A stretch of DNA of 64,000 bases. Source: Desulfosudaceae bacterium (lineage in GTDB: Bacteria > Desulfobacterota > Desulfobacteria > Desulfobacterales > Desulfosudaceae). Made by a program: the position numbers and the translations under genes. Each line of letters opens with the position of its first letter. Position 1 is the first letter of the stretch. The stretch lies in assembly GCA_963674745.2 (NCBI GenBank), contig CAXXDV010000002.1, positions 1 to 64,000 on the forward strand, written 5' to 3'. Below are positions 1 through 10,778 of the stretch, one piece after another. Below the pieces are notes generated by a model that was given only the letters and a program-made list of their open reading frames with translations, had not been told where the DNA came from and ran no database searches.

Positions 1-2828
1 ACGCCGATGACTTCGGGGGGGTGATGCCGGGCGGTAACGTGACCTTTGCCGCCGGTGAGAGCTCTAAGGTCGTCACCGTGGCGGTTTCCGGCGATATGGA
101 TATCGAAGACCATGAGGGGTTTGTCGTTTACCTTTCCAACCCGTCTGCCGGGGCCCTGATCACCGCGGCTTTCGCAGCGGCCACCATTGTCAATGACGAC
201 AGTCCTGTCGTTATCACCCCTGTTATCCCTGTGTGGCTCAAACCGTAACCATGGCCACCGCCGCCACCAGCATCACCATGGCCGGTAACCCCCAGTGCGA
301 CGTCATGAACCTTGACCTGGCCGCAACCGCTGTCGTCTCCCGGTTATCATGCCCATATGGACGGCTCCGGCTGCGGGGATGTCATCAATGCCGATCTGGT
401 AGGCGGTTTTGCTGTCGGCGGAAATTTTTTGAATATTCTCGGTGGGACCAGCAGCGATATCATTAATGTGGCACTGCGGGCGTCCAGCTCAGCTTCGGCT
501 CCCCTGACCAGAACCGGGACGGCGTCGCAGGTGATCGCCTCCAACACCGTTCATATTGATGGCGGTCAATGCAACGATAATATTTCCGTTCTTTTGAGCG
601 CCGAAAGCCTTTTCAGCGTCACCGGTACGCCATCGGCCTCGATCGGTTTCGTTGTCGGCGTTGTTTCCGGTAATGATATCATCATGCTCGGCGGACCGGG
701 CAATGATACCCTGTCCCTGTCCGTTTCAGGACAGGCCGGGGCCGTTGCCTCGGCCTTCGCTTCGTCCTCATTTTCGACTTCATCATCATCGTCCGCATCG
801 TTTTCAGCCCTGGCCTCGGCTTTTTTTGTGGGTGGTATTGTGACGGGCAACAGTGTTGTGATGAGCGGCGGCTCGGGAAATGATCACATGAGCGCCATGT
901 TTCAGGCTACCGTCCAGGAAGGAGCCGCGGCTTTCGGGCCCGTGGCAAGCGCAGGTGCCGGTTTCGCCCTGGCTTTTGTCGGTTTCGGCAGCAGCTTTAA
1001 TCACATCGCCATGCTCGGGGGCAGCGGGGCGGATACGATTTCTTTGACCCTGTCGGCTTCGGCGTCCATTGACGTTGAGGCGTCGGCGACCTCTTCTTCC
1101 GCCCTGGCCGTTGCCAACGGCGCCATAGCCGGTGTTTTCAACAACGCTATTACGGTGACCGGCGGCGACGGGCACGATTCCCTGTCGGTTTTACTGAACG
1201 CTTCAAACCAAGTGAGTGTTGCAGCCGACGGTGATGCCGCCTTCATCGGCGGCATCACCGGTGCCTTCCCGTTTCCCTTTTTCAGTGCCAGTGGCGTGAT
1301 TCTCAACAGTATCCATATGGACGGAGGGCTGGGAAACGATCTTCTGGCCTTGACTCTTTCCGACCACGCCGCCGGACTGGCCCGGGCGGATGGGACGGCG
1401 ATCGCCCTTGTTCATGCCAGCCCGGTACGGGCCCTTGTCGGGGGAAATCAAATCACCATGACCGGCGGCGCCGGGGACGACACCTTGATGAGTGTTCACC
1501 TCAATGCCCGGGCAACGGCCACGGCCACGGCCAGCGGCATGTTCGGAGCCGTCGCCGGAAGCCCTTTCCCCGTATTTCCCGGCCCCGGTCCCGGTCCCCT
1601 GAATACCGGGCTCAACATTCCTTATGCCGTCACTCAAAACGCTGCCCTGGATGGTGTTTTTGCCCCGGCACCGACGCCGACGCCTGTAACCAGTGGTTTC
1701 CAGGCCATGGCCCTTTTTAATACCATTAATATGAGCGGGGCCCAGGGCAGCGACAATCTTTTTCTGGAGCTCTCGGCAACTGCCGTTGACCTGGCGCAGG
1801 CCTATGCGGGATCGGGCACGGCTTCCGCCACAGCCTCTCTGGCCGCCGCCTACGTCGGTGCTAATGATATTTTCATGACCGGCGGTACGGGCAACGATAC
1901 CGTCGGGTTGACCCTTTCAGCTGAGGCTTCCGGTGTTGCCGTGGCCACAGCGGGGACGGGGTCGGCTTTCGCCTTCGCCGACGCGTCGGCAATGGTTCAA
2001 AGCAATACGATCGACATATCCGGCGGTGATGGCGGGGATGATGTGGCCGTGACGCTCCGGGCCGTCGCTAGCGCCACCGCCGACGCCTCTGCCGCGGGGT
2101 GGGTCAGCGCCCGGGCGTCGGCCTTCGCGGAGATATCCGGCAATACCATCAACCTGTCCGGCGGCTCCGGCAACGATGCCCTGGCCTTGCACCTGACCGC
2201 TTCGGCCACAGCCACTGCCATGGCCCAGGGCAGCTCTGTCTCTGCTATGGTGACGCAGGCATCCGGTATCCATAACAACTTGATTTACATGACCGGCGGC
2301 TCCGGCTCCGACACCCTGGAAATTCTGGTCAGCAACCCCGGCGGTTTATTCGACGGAAACCTTATTTCCATGAACGGCGGAACCGGTTCCGGGGATGGAA
2401 ACGATCATTTCCACCTCTTTTTCAACGCCCTGACGGGCAGCTCCAATGTCGCCCGCATCTGGGGCGGGGTGGGCAGCGATACCATTTCCATCACGGCCGA
2501 CACAACGGATGCCCTGTTTATTTTCAAATACGCAGGCACCAATGAACTGGGGGACAGCATTAACGGGCTGACCATGAGCCATCAGTTCAATTTTTCTTTT
2601 GCCGACATTGCTTTTAACGGTATTACCGCAGGCGGCGTACTGACCGGAAACTGCTTTGTCGCCGGAGCGGCACCCGTGGCTACGGATACCAATCATTTCT
2701 GGTTGTATAATACCACCGCCAATGCGCTGTATTATGATGCCGATGCCAGTGCCGGCGGTGCGGCGCAGCTGGTGGCCCAGTTTGATGCCGATGTTGGACT
2801 GACGGCCGCTGATATTACCTTTTTTTAA
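1..2828 (+). CDS. 3' part of a large Calx-beta/RTX-repeat surface protein (probable type I secretion substrate); starts before the window and is interrupted by two compensating frameshifts (about 227-229 and 339-341)
   Basis: 1-230 encodes a Calx-beta-like tail (VTFAAGESSKVVTVAVSGD..E..EGFVVYLSNP..ATIVNDD). About 233-340 continues in another frame (VAQTVTMATAATSITMAGNPQCDVMNLDL). 342-2828 has about 16 GGxGxD-like motifs and a C-terminus LYYDADASAGGAAQLVAQF..LTAADITFF typical of RTX proteins. Confidence 0.8.
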
Positions 2829-2981
2829 CCCGGAACCCGGTTCTTTGCGCGTACCGCCTTAAAAAAAGCAGCAATCGATGAGTCATGGTCTTTGGCGAAG
2901 GAGGTGTCAATCCTTTCCCGTTTACCGCCAGGTCTCGCATTTACAAAGCGCAAAAAAATATATGAAAACAATGGCTCCTGC

Positions 2982-3725
2982 TTAAGGTTCAGATACGTCA
3001 GAGATATTCTCCGCTGAATCGATTTCCCGTTTGATTTGTTCGATGTAACCTGCGTCCGCAAAACTGTAATTGCCGCGATCACCGATAATGATGTGGTCGT
3101 ACACGGTGATGCCGACCATGCGGCAGGCGGCCATGAGGCGGCGGGTGATACGGATGTCCTCGGGGGATGGGTCCGGTTCGCCGGAGGGGTGGTTGTGGCA
3201 GAAGATCATGGCTGCCGCGTGCAGTTCCAGGGCCCGTTTGATCACCTCCCGGGGGTACACCGCGCTCTGGGAAAGGGTCCCCTCAAACAGGACTTCCGAA
3301 GCCAGGACCCGGTTTTTGGCGTTTAAGAAAATGCCGACAAAAACTTCCCGGGTGCGGTCCCGGATCATGTGATTCAGATAATTGATCAGATCCCGGGGAT
3401 TGCCGATCAGCGGCTGCTCGGCCAGCCTTTTTTTCAGGTAGCGGTCGGACACGGCCTTGATCAGCTTGATACCGAAAACATTATTGGGTCCGATGCCGTG
3501 AATGCGGCCGAGTTCCCCGGCCGAGGCTTCAAGTACACCGGGAAGGGTTTTAAATTCAGCCAACGCCGCCTTGGCCATGTCTTTGCAGTCTTTGACCGGG
3601 GTGCCCAGGGTCAGCAGCAGTTCGATGACTTCATAATCGTGAAAACCGTCCAGCCCGGCGGTGAGGAATCGCTGGCGCAGGCGTTTGCGGTGGCCGGCAC
3701 CTTTGTGTTTGGTCATAGTGGACAT
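2982..3725 (-). CDS. radC: RadC-family JAB-domain protein (long form with HhH N-terminus)
   Basis: GHRKRLRQRF N-terminus, GIG HhH motif, HNHPSGxxxPSxxD and DHII motifs. Confidence 0.95.
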   Translation of the reverse strand: MSTMTKHKGAGHRKRLRQRFLTAGLDGFHDYEVIELLLTLGTPVKDCKDMAKAALAEFKTLPGVLEASAGELGRIHGIGPNNVFGIKLIKAVSDRYLKKRLAEQPLIGNPRDLINYLNHMIRDRTREVFVGIFLNAKNRVLASEVLFEGTLSQSAVYPREVIKRALELHAAAMIFCHNHPSGEPDPSPEDIRITRRLMAACRMVGITVYDHIIIGDRGNYSFADAGYIEQIKREIDSAENISDVSEP

Positions 3726-3772
3726 CCTTGTCGCACGCTTTACGGGGATTCGGGTTCTTTCCGGTTAGGTTG

Positions 3773-3794
3773 TTCCCTTGACCCCTTGAATCCT
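3773..3794 (-). repeat. Short intergenic 8-nt-unit repeat (GGATTCAA GGGGTCAA GGGAA)
   Basis: Reverse complement reads AGGATTCAAGGGGTCAAGGGAA, which matches the element at 17663-17700. Confidence 0.65.
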
Positions 3795-3799
3795 TTTTA

Positions 3800-4849
3800 T
3801 CAGTACCCGTTGTTCCCTGCTATTTCCTCGTCGATTTCATGTTTCAGTGAGCGGGTCATAAGCCTGAATACCGCTTCCTTGGGATCCAGGTCCTCGTAAA
3901 GAATATGATACATTTCGTTGCAGATCGGCATTTCCACGCCGATTCGGCGCGACAGGTTGTAGATCGACTTGGCGGTCTTGACGCCTTCGGCGACCATGCG
4001 CATGTGGGCCAGAATTTCTGCCAGTTTCATGCCCTGGCCGAGCTTTGTTCCGACCGTGTAGTTCCGGCTTAAATTGCCGGTGCAGGTCAGGATCAGGTCA
4101 CCCACGCCGGCCAGACCGGCGAAAGTATGCGGGTCTGCGCCCATGGCGATGCCCAGGCGCCTCATTTCCGCCAGACCACGGGTGATCATGGCCGCCCGGG
4201 CATTCAAACCCAGGCCCAGGCCGTCACAGACGCCGGAAGCCACGGCAATGACGTTCTTGACCGCTCCCCCGAGTTGAACACCGGTGACGTCGTTATTGGT
4301 ATAAACCCGGAACAGCGGCGCGGAAAACACCTGCTGCAAAAATTCGGCGGTTTCCTGTTTTTCGGCGGCCACCGTCAATACGGACGGCAGATTGGAGGCG
4401 ACTTCGCGGGCAAAGGTCGGCCCGGAAAGGGCCGTCAGCCGTTCCTTGGGGATATTTTTCAAGGTCTCGTCCAGAACGCCGGTCATGGTCAGGTGAGTTT
4501 CGTTCTCTATTCCCTTGGAGGCGGTTACGATAATGGCCTCGGGATTCAGGCTGTCCGCCATTTTTGTTGAAACATCACGCATGAGGTGAGACGGCACCAC
4601 CATGAGGACAATGTCTTTATCGGCTACCACCGCAGCCAGATCGTTGGACACGGATATGCCTTCGGCCAGTTGAATATCCGGCAGATACAGTTTGTTTTCA
4701 CGTTCTTTTTCGATCTGATCACACAACTCCGGCTCATAGGCCCAGAGCGTGGGCGATAATCCCTTGGCGGCCAGCAGATGCGCCAAAGCCGTCCCCCAGC
4801 TTCCGGCGCCGACAACGCATATCCTGGTGCTGGTTGCATCATGATTCAT
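3800..4849 (-). CDS. gpsA: NAD(P)H-dependent glycerol-3-phosphate dehydrogenase
   Basis: [41 protein letters not shown] motifs. Start moved to ATG 4849 (MNHDATS), overlapping the gyrA stop. Confidence 0.97.
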   Translation of the reverse strand: MNHDATSTRICVVGAGSWGTALAHLLAAKGLSPTLWAYEPELCDQIEKERENKLYLPDIQLAEGISVSNDLAAVVADKDIVLMVVPSHLMRDVSTKMADSLNPEAIIVTASKGIENETHLTMTGVLDETLKNIPKERLTALSGPTFAREVASNLPSVLTVAAEKQETAEFLQQVFSAPLFRVYTNNDVTGVQLGGAVKNVIAVASGVCDGLGLGLNARAAMITRGLAEMRRLGIAMGADPHTFAGLAGVGDLILTCTGNLSRNYTVGTKLGQGMKLAEILAHMRMVAEGVKTAKSIYNLSRRIGVEMPICNEMYHILYEDLDPKEAVFRLMTRSLKHEIDEEIAGNNGY

Positions 4850-7361
4850 CAACTTCTCCCTCGATATTTTCGTTTCCGGTGCCTGCGTCTTCAGCGCCGG
4901 CGTCATTGTCACCTTCGTCATCCTCGTTTTCTTTTTCCGCCAGCCTGGCCGCGCCGGTGACGGTGTCGCCTTCATCCAGCCCGATCAGTTTAACGCCTTG
5001 GGTGTTGCGGCTGATGACCGACACGCCGCTGACCGGGATGCGGATGAGTTTTCCGGAATCGGTCATGATCATGACGTCGTCTTCGTCCTCGACCAAAATA
5101 ATGGACACCACCAAACCGTTTCTTTCGTTGGTCTTGATGGTAATGACGCCTTTGCCGCCCCTCTTGTTGATGGGGTATTCGTCTATTGAGGTACGTTTGC
5201 CGTAGCCGTTTTCGGTAATGGTGAACAGGGTCTTGCCGTGGCTGAGCACTTCCATGCTGACCAGGGTGTCGCTGTCTTCCAAATTCATGCCGCGGACGCC
5301 CCGGGTAACGCGTCCGGTCGGCCGAACATCAGATTCCAGGAAACGGACCGACTTACCTTTTGCGGAACCAAGGAAAATATTCCAGGACCCGTCGGTGATC
5401 CGGGCGGCAATGAGTTCATCTCCTTCGATCAGGTCCAGAGCGATAATGCCGCCGGTCCGGGGACGGCTGTAATCCATCAAATCGGACTTTTTGACCATGC
5501 CGTTGCGGGTCGCCATGAAAATATAGTAACCGGCCTCAAATTCAGGCACGTCGAGCACCGTGGCCAGCGCTTCGCCTTCTTCAAAATCAAGCAGGTTGAC
5601 GATGGCGCTGCCCCGGCTGGCCCGTCCGGCCTGGGGAATTTCATACACCTTGCGCCAGTATACCTTCCCCTTGTTGGTGAAGAACAGAAGCGTATGATGG
5701 GTGGAGGCGATAAACAGCCGGTCCACAAAATCATCCTCCTTGGTCCCCATGGCGGTAATGCCTTTGCCGCCCCGCTGCTGCTGGCGATAGAGGCTGATGG
5801 GGTTTCTCTTAATATAACCCGTCCGGGATACAGTAACCACCATGTCTTCTTCAACGATCATATCTTCAATATTGATTTCCCGGGAGGGATCCTTGAACAC
5901 GACTGTTCGACGTTCATCCCCGAAGCTGTTCTTGGTCTCAGCCAGTTCGTCCTTGATCAGGTTGAGGACGATCTGTTCGTTGCCGAGGATCTCTTTAAAC
6001 CAGGCGATCTGTTTCAGGGTTTCCTCATATTCGGCGACGATTTTATCCCGTTCCAGTCCGGTCAGCCGCTGCAGCCGCATTTCCAGGATAGCCTGGGCCT
6101 GGGCCGGAGAAAGCGAGAACGTTTCGATGAGCCCGGTTTTGGCTTCAGGCGGAGAAGGTGACCGACGGATCAGGGCCACCACCTCGTCCAGGTTGTCCAG
6201 CGCGATTTTCAGCCCTTCTAAAATATGTGCCCGCTCCTCGGCTTTTCTCAGGTCGTGCCGGGTCCGGCGGATAATGATCTCTTTGCGGTGAAGGATGAAA
6301 TAAGCCAGGATCTCTTTTAAAGACAAAAGCTGGGGCCGGTTGTTGACCACGGCCAGCATGTTAATGCCGAAACTGTTTTGAAGACGGGTATGTTTATACA
6401 ACTGGTTGATGATGACTTCGGCAAACTGGTTTTTCTTCAGCCCGATGGCGATGCGCATACCGTCTTTGTCGGATTCATCCCGCACATAGCGAATACCGTC
6501 AATGACCTTGTCTTTGACCAGGTGTGCGATTTTTTCGATCAAGACGGCCTTGTTGACCTGGTAGGGAAGTTCATCCACCACGATGGTTTCATCGTTTTCC
6601 TTGGCGTCTTTCTCGATTTTGACCCGGCCGCGGATTTTAATACTGCCCCGACCGGTTTCGTATGCTTCGCGGATACCTTTGTCACCATGGATGATGCCAT
6701 AGGTGGGAAAATCCGGGCCGGGAATATGGCTTATCAACTCGTCCGTGGTAATATCCGGGTTATCGATGAGTGCCGTCAGAGCGTCGCATACTTCAGAAAG
6801 ATTGTGTGGCGGGATGTTGGTGGCCATGCCTACGGCGATACCGGCTGAACCATTGATCAGCAGGGCCGGTATTTTGGACGGCATAACCGTCGGCTCGACC
6901 AGGCTTTCATCATAGTTGGGCGCGAAGTCAACGGTTTCCTTGTCAAGATCCTCCATCATCTGGTGCGACAACTTGGTCATGCGCACCTCGGTATAACGCA
7001 TGGCCGCCGGAGAATCACCATCAATGGAGCCGAAGTTCCCCTGGCCGTCAACCAGTTGATAGCGCATGGAAAAGTCCTGGGCCATTCTGACGATGGCGTC
7101 ATAAACGGCCGAGTCGCCATGGGGATGATATTTACCGATCACGTCACCGACGACACGGGCGGACTTCTTATAGGGCTTGTTCCAGTCGTTTTTCAACTCG
7201 TTCATCGCGAACAGAATGCGACGATGAACGGGTTTTAAACCATCACGGACATCGGGCAGAGCCCTGCCGATAATTACGCTCATGGCGTAATCCAGGTAGG
7301 ATCGCTGCATCTCTTTTTTGATGCTTATTTCTTCATGACGTACTTCTTCAATGTCTTCCAT
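4839..7361 (-). CDS. gyrA: DNA gyrase subunit A
   Basis: [29 protein letters not shown] catalytic Tyr, GyrA-box-like QQRGGKG, acidic tail. Confidence 0.98.
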   Translation of the reverse strand: MEDIEEVRHEEISIKKEMQRSYLDYAMSVIIGRALPDVRDGLKPVHRRILFAMNELKNDWNKPYKKSARVVGDVIGKYHPHGDSAVYDAIVRMAQDFSMRYQLVDGQGNFGSIDGDSPAAMRYTEVRMTKLSHQMMEDLDKETVDFAPNYDESLVEPTVMPSKIPALLINGSAGIAVGMATNIPPHNLSEVCDALTALIDNPDITTDELISHIPGPDFPTYGIIHGDKGIREAYETGRGSIKIRGRVKIEKDAKENDETIVVDELPYQVNKAVLIEKIAHLVKDKVIDGIRYVRDESDKDGMRIAIGLKKNQFAEVIINQLYKHTRLQNSFGINMLAVVNNRPQLLSLKEILAYFILHRKEIIIRRTRHDLRKAEERAHILEGLKIALDNLDEVVALIRRSPSPPEAKTGLIETFSLSPAQAQAILEMRLQRLTGLERDKIVAEYEETLKQIAWFKEILGNEQIVLNLIKDELAETKNSFGDERRTVVFKDPSREINIEDMIVEEDMVVTVSRTGYIKRNPISLYRQQQRGGKGITAMGTKEDDFVDRLFIASTHHTLLFFTNKGKVYWRKVYEIPQAGRASRGSAIVNLLDFEEGEALATVLDVPEFEAGYYIFMATRNGMVKKSDLMDYSRPRTGGIIALDLIEGDELIAARITDGSWNIFLGSAKGKSVRFLESDVRPTGRVTRGVRGMNLEDSDTLVSMEVLSHGKTLFTITENGYGKRTSIDEYPINKRGGKGVITIKTNERNGLVVSIILVEDEDDVMIMTDSGKLIRIPVSGVSVISRNTQGVKLIGLDEGDTVTGAARLAEKENEDDEGDNDAGAEDAGTGNENIEGEVDES

Positions 7362-7444
7362 AGATCGTTACCTTGTATTTTTGAACAAGCCCTTCTTTGT
7401 AAACAACAGCTGGTTATCCTGGCTTAAGGCCGTGGAAACACTAA

Positions 7445-7470
7445 CCCGATATGTTTCATGAAATATCGGG
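7445..7470. terminator. Inverted repeat/hairpin between the small ORF and gyrA (possible terminator or operator)
   Basis: CCCGATA-tg-TTTCATGAAA-TATCGGG; no clear U-tract. Confidence 0.4.
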
Positions 7471-7501
7471 CTAAACGGATGCTTTCGATGACCGTGTTAA
7501 A

Positions 7502-7657
7502 TCAGCGGCCTACAAAAGCACCGGCCGCGACCAGGAGCATGAACTCATAGGTGAAGACCGCAGTGTAGCTGCCCATGAAATGAAACACGATGCCGCCGCC
7601 GATAATAGCGGGTACGCCGAAAAAAATCAGGATGCCGATGATTCTCGGAATTGTCAT
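7502..7657 (-). CDS. 51-aa small membrane protein, below the ORF-track cutoff
   Basis: AAGGAG RBS, then MTIPRIIGILIFFGVPAIIGGGIVFHFMGSYTAVFTYEFMLLVAAGAFVGR*; two hydrophobic segments; co-oriented directly after the thiolase. Confidence 0.8.
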   Translation of the reverse strand: MTIPRIIGILIFFGVPAIIGGGIVFHFMGSYTAVFTYEFMLLVAAGAFVGR

Positions 7658-7686
7658 GGTTGTACTCCTTTATTTATTTGTTTGGT

Positions 7687-8973
7687 TTATCTTTCAATGA
7701 CCATGGCCATGCCCATGCCGCCGCCGATGCACATGGTGATCAGACCCTTGTGCAGGTCATTCCGTTTCATGTGGTGAATGGCCGTGACCATCTGTCGCGC
7801 GCCCGTACAGCCAATGGGATGGCCGAGGGAAATCCCGCTGCCTAACGGGTTCGGCGTTTCCTTGTCCAGGCCGAGTTCCCGCATGCACCCGATGGCCTGT
7901 GAAGCAAAAGCCTCGTTGAGCTCGATCAGGTCAAAATCGGAGATCGTCATATTTAGGGTTCGCAGCACTTTTCTTACGGCCGGTACAGGTCCCAACCCCA
8001 TATAAGCCGGGTCCAGCCCGCCGGAGGCGAAACCTTTGATGGTCGCCATGGGTTCCAACCCGAGTTCCCCGGCTTTGTCGGCGCTCATCATCAGCACTGC
8101 CGCAGCCGCGTCATTGATGCCTGAGGCGTTGCCGGCGGTTACCGTGCCGTCCTTGTCAAAGGCCGGTCTCAGTTTGGCCATTTTTTCCATGCTGGTTTCC
8201 ATGGGCCGCTCGTCAGTGTCGAAAATGATGTCGCCTTTGCGGTTCTTGATGGTAACCGGTGTTATCTCTTCGGCGAAAAGACCGCCTTTGATGGCAGCCA
8301 GAGCGCGGGTATGGCTCAACACACCCAGTTCATCCTGCTCTTCTCTGCTGATATTGTATTTTTTGGCTATATTTTCGGCAGTCATGCCCATGTGGTAGCC
8401 GTAAAAGATTTCATACAGGCCGTCAAACACCATGAGGTCGTATATGTCACCGGTACCGGTCAGTTCCATGCGATGCCCCCATCTGGCCTTGGGCAGGGCC
8501 ATGGGTGCCAGGCTCATGTTCTCCTGGCCGCCGGCCACAATAACATCGGCCTGACCGGTCATAATAGCGGCCGCGCCGGTGCCGATGGCCTTTAAACCGG
8601 AGCCGCAGATCTTGTTGACGGTCATGGCCGGCGTCTCTTTGGGCAGACCGGCCCGTATCATGGCCTGCCGGGTGGTGTTCTGACCCTGGCCGGCTTGCAG
8701 AACGTTGCCCATAATCACTTCGTCAATGGCCACCGGGGCAGCTGATTCATCCCAGTCAGCGGCCTTTTGCTCGAGTTCTACCGGTCCCTGGTCTTTTAAG
8801 CTGTCGGGGGCAAATTCGGCCATCAGGTCGCTTTTAACCGGTCTTAAACCGGCTTTTTTGAGCAGGGCTTTCATGACCATGGCACCCAGGTCGACAACGG
8901 GGACGGTTTTCAGTGAGCCACCGAAAGAACCGATTGCGGTCCTTACACCATCTACAATAACAACATCCTTCAT
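7687..8973 (-). CDS. Acetyl-CoA C-acyltransferase (thiolase)
   Basis: NKICGSG, NASGINDAAA, NEAFA, GHPIG and CIGGGMG motifs; ATG 8973 follows an AAGGAG RBS. Confidence 0.96.
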   Translation of the reverse strand: MKDVVIVDGVRTAIGSFGGSLKTVPVVDLGAMVMKALLKKAGLRPVKSDLMAEFAPDSLKDQGPVELEQKAADWDESAAPVAIDEVIMGNVLQAGQGQNTTRQAMIRAGLPKETPAMTVNKICGSGLKAIGTGAAAIMTGQADVIVAGGQENMSLAPMALPKARWGHRMELTGTGDIYDLMVFDGLYEIFYGYHMGMTAENIAKKYNISREEQDELGVLSHTRALAAIKGGLFAEEITPVTIKNRKGDIIFDTDERPMETSMEKMAKLRPAFDKDGTVTAGNASGINDAAAAVLMMSADKAGELGLEPMATIKGFASGGLDPAYMGLGPVPAVRKVLRTLNMTISDFDLIELNEAFASQAIGCMRELGLDKETPNPLGSGISLGHPIGCTGARQMVTAIHHMKRNDLHKGLITMCIGGGMGMAMVIER

Positions 8974-8984
8974 CTGCAATCTCC

Positions 8985-10778
8985 TTATACGTCTTTATCT
9001 ATCAGTATTTTTAAAAACAGTTCATCGAGTTGAGCCTGATCTATTTCAGACGGCGCGTCCGTCAACAGGCAGGCGGCTTTCTGTGTTTTGGGGAAGGCGA
9101 TGACATCCCGGATAGACGCTTCACCACAGAGCATCATGGCCAACCGGTCAAACCCGAAGGCCATGCCGCCGTGGGGCGGTGCACCTGAAGCCAGCGCTTT
9201 TAACAGAAAACCGAATTTGTTTTTGTATTCCTCCGGTGCCATGCCCAGGGCGGAGAACATGCGCTCCTGAAGCTTCGGATCGTGGATACGAATGCTGCCG
9301 CCGCCGATTTCCGTCCCGTTCAACACCAGGTCATAGGCCCGGGAACGGACCGCTTCGGGCTCGTTTTCCAGCTTGTCCAGGTCTTGCGGGTTGGGAGCGG
9401 TAAAGGGGTGATGCTTGGCCTGATAACGTTTTTCCGTTTCATCATATTCAAAAAAGGGAAAGTCCGTTATCCAGACGAAGTTCATTTCGTCTTTGTTGAC
9501 CAGGCCCAGTTTTTCAGCCACGTGATTCCTCAGATTGCCCAGGGCGTCGTTAACAATCGTGGCCCGGTCGGCGCCGAAGAGAACAACATCGCCGGTCTCC
9601 ATGGTCAGTCGCTCAGCCAGGGCGGCTTTTTCGCCCTCGGTAAAAAATTTGGCAATGGGAGACTGCCAGCTGCCGTCTTCTTTGACCTTGATCCAGGCCA
9701 TGCCTTTGGCTTTGTAAATGGCCACAAAGGCCGTAAAGTCATCCAGTTCCTTGCGGGTGAAGCCGGCGCCGCCTTTAACATTTAAGGCTTTGACAATGCC
9801 GCCTTTTTTAACGGCTTCGGCAAAAACCTTAAATTCACTGCCGGCCACGATATCGGTGACGTCGCATAGCTCAAGCCCGAAACGCAAATCCGGTTTATCC
9901 AAGCCATAAGCTGCGATGGCGTCGTCGTAGGTCATGCGGTTGAATGGCGGGGCCAGCTCCCGGCCGGCGACGTCTTTTACGATAGCGCTTACCAGGCCTT
10001 CGGCTACAGCCATGATGTCTTCTTCACCGATAAAGGACATTTCCATATCGATCTGGGTAAATTCCGGCTGGCGGTCAGCCCTTAAATCTTCATCACGGAA
10101 ACACTTGATGATCTGATAATAACGGTCGAACCCGGCAATCATCAAAAGCTGTTTGAAAAGCTGAGGGGACTGGGGCAGGGCAAAAAAATTACCGGGATTG
10201 ACACGACTGGGCACCAGGTAATCCCTGGCTCCTTCAGGTGTATTGCGTGTCAGAAAGGGCGTTTCAATATCCAGAAAACCCTGGGCGTCCAGGTATTGGC
10301 GGGTTGCCATGGCGGCCCGGTACCTGGAGACCAGGTTGCGCTGCATGCCCGGGCGGCGCAGGTCAATGTGACGATTCTGTAAACGGATATTTTCCGAGAC
10401 GTCGACCCGGTCTTCGATCATGAAGGGCGGGGTCTCGGCGGTATTCAGGAGGCGGAGTTCGTCGATCATGACTTCAATTTCGCCTGTGGGCAGGTTGGGA
10501 TTGATCATATCCGCCGGCCGGTTGGCAACAATTCCCCTGACGCCGATCACGAATTCGTTTCTCAGGACATGGGCTTTGTCATGGACGTCCTTGTTTCTGT
10601 CCGGGTTGAACACCACCTGGGTGATACCGAAGCGGTCTCTTAAATCAACAAAGATCACACCGCCATGATCCCGGCGGCGCTGAACCCATCCGGTCAGTGT
10701 GACTTCATTGCCGACCCTGGTCGCGTTCAGTTCGTTACAGTGGTGGGTCCGTCTTAACTCTCCTAATTCGTCTATCAA
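8985..10778 (-). CDS. aspS: Aspartate-tRNA ligase
   Basis: RRDHGGVIFVDLRD, TPEGARDYLVPSR, LPQSPQLFKQLLM, FRDEDLRADRQPEFTQ, PPHGG..GFDR. Confidence 0.98.
   Translation of the reverse strand: MIDELGELRRTHHCNELNATRVGNEVTLTGWVQRRRDHGGVIFVDLRDRFGITQVVFNPDRNKDVHDKAHVLRNEFVIGVRGIVANRPADMINPNLPTGEIEVMIDELRLLNTAETPPFMIEDRVDVSENIRLQNRHIDLRRPGMQRNLVSRYRAAMATRQYLDAQGFLDIETPFLTRNTPEGARDYLVPSRVNPGNFFALPQSPQLFKQLLMIAGFDRYYQIIKCFRDEDLRADRQPEFTQIDMEMSFIGEEDIMAVAEGLVSAIVKDVAGRELAPPFNRMTYDDAIAAYGLDKPDLRFGLELCDVTDIVAGSEFKVFAEAVKKGGIVKALNVKGGAGFTRKELDDFTAFVAIYKAKGMAWIKVKEDGSWQSPIAKFFTEGEKAALAERLTMETGDVVLFGADRATIVNDALGNLRNHVAEKLGLVNKDEMNFVWITDFPFFEYDETEKRYQAKHHPFTAPNPQDLDKLENEPEAVRSRAYDLVLNGTEIGGGSIRIHDPKLQERMFSALGMAPEEYKNKFGFLLKALASGAPPHGGMAFGFDRLAMMLCGEASIRDVIAFPKTQKAACLLTDAPSEIDQAQLDELFLKILIDKDV

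Noticed and set aside
2982..3725. radC as a marker of a mobile element
   Set aside because: It is the long chromosomal form at the end of the gyrA-gpsA run; no integrase, transposase or att-like repeat is visible nearby
4850..4975. Long N-terminal extension of GpsA (likewise the kinase extension at 41532-41633)
   Set aside because: These lie inside upstream genes; coupled internal ATGs give normal-length proteins
4839..7361. parC rather than gyrA, since no gyrB is adjacent
   Set aside because: A GyrA-box-like QQRGGKG and an acidic C-terminal tail are present
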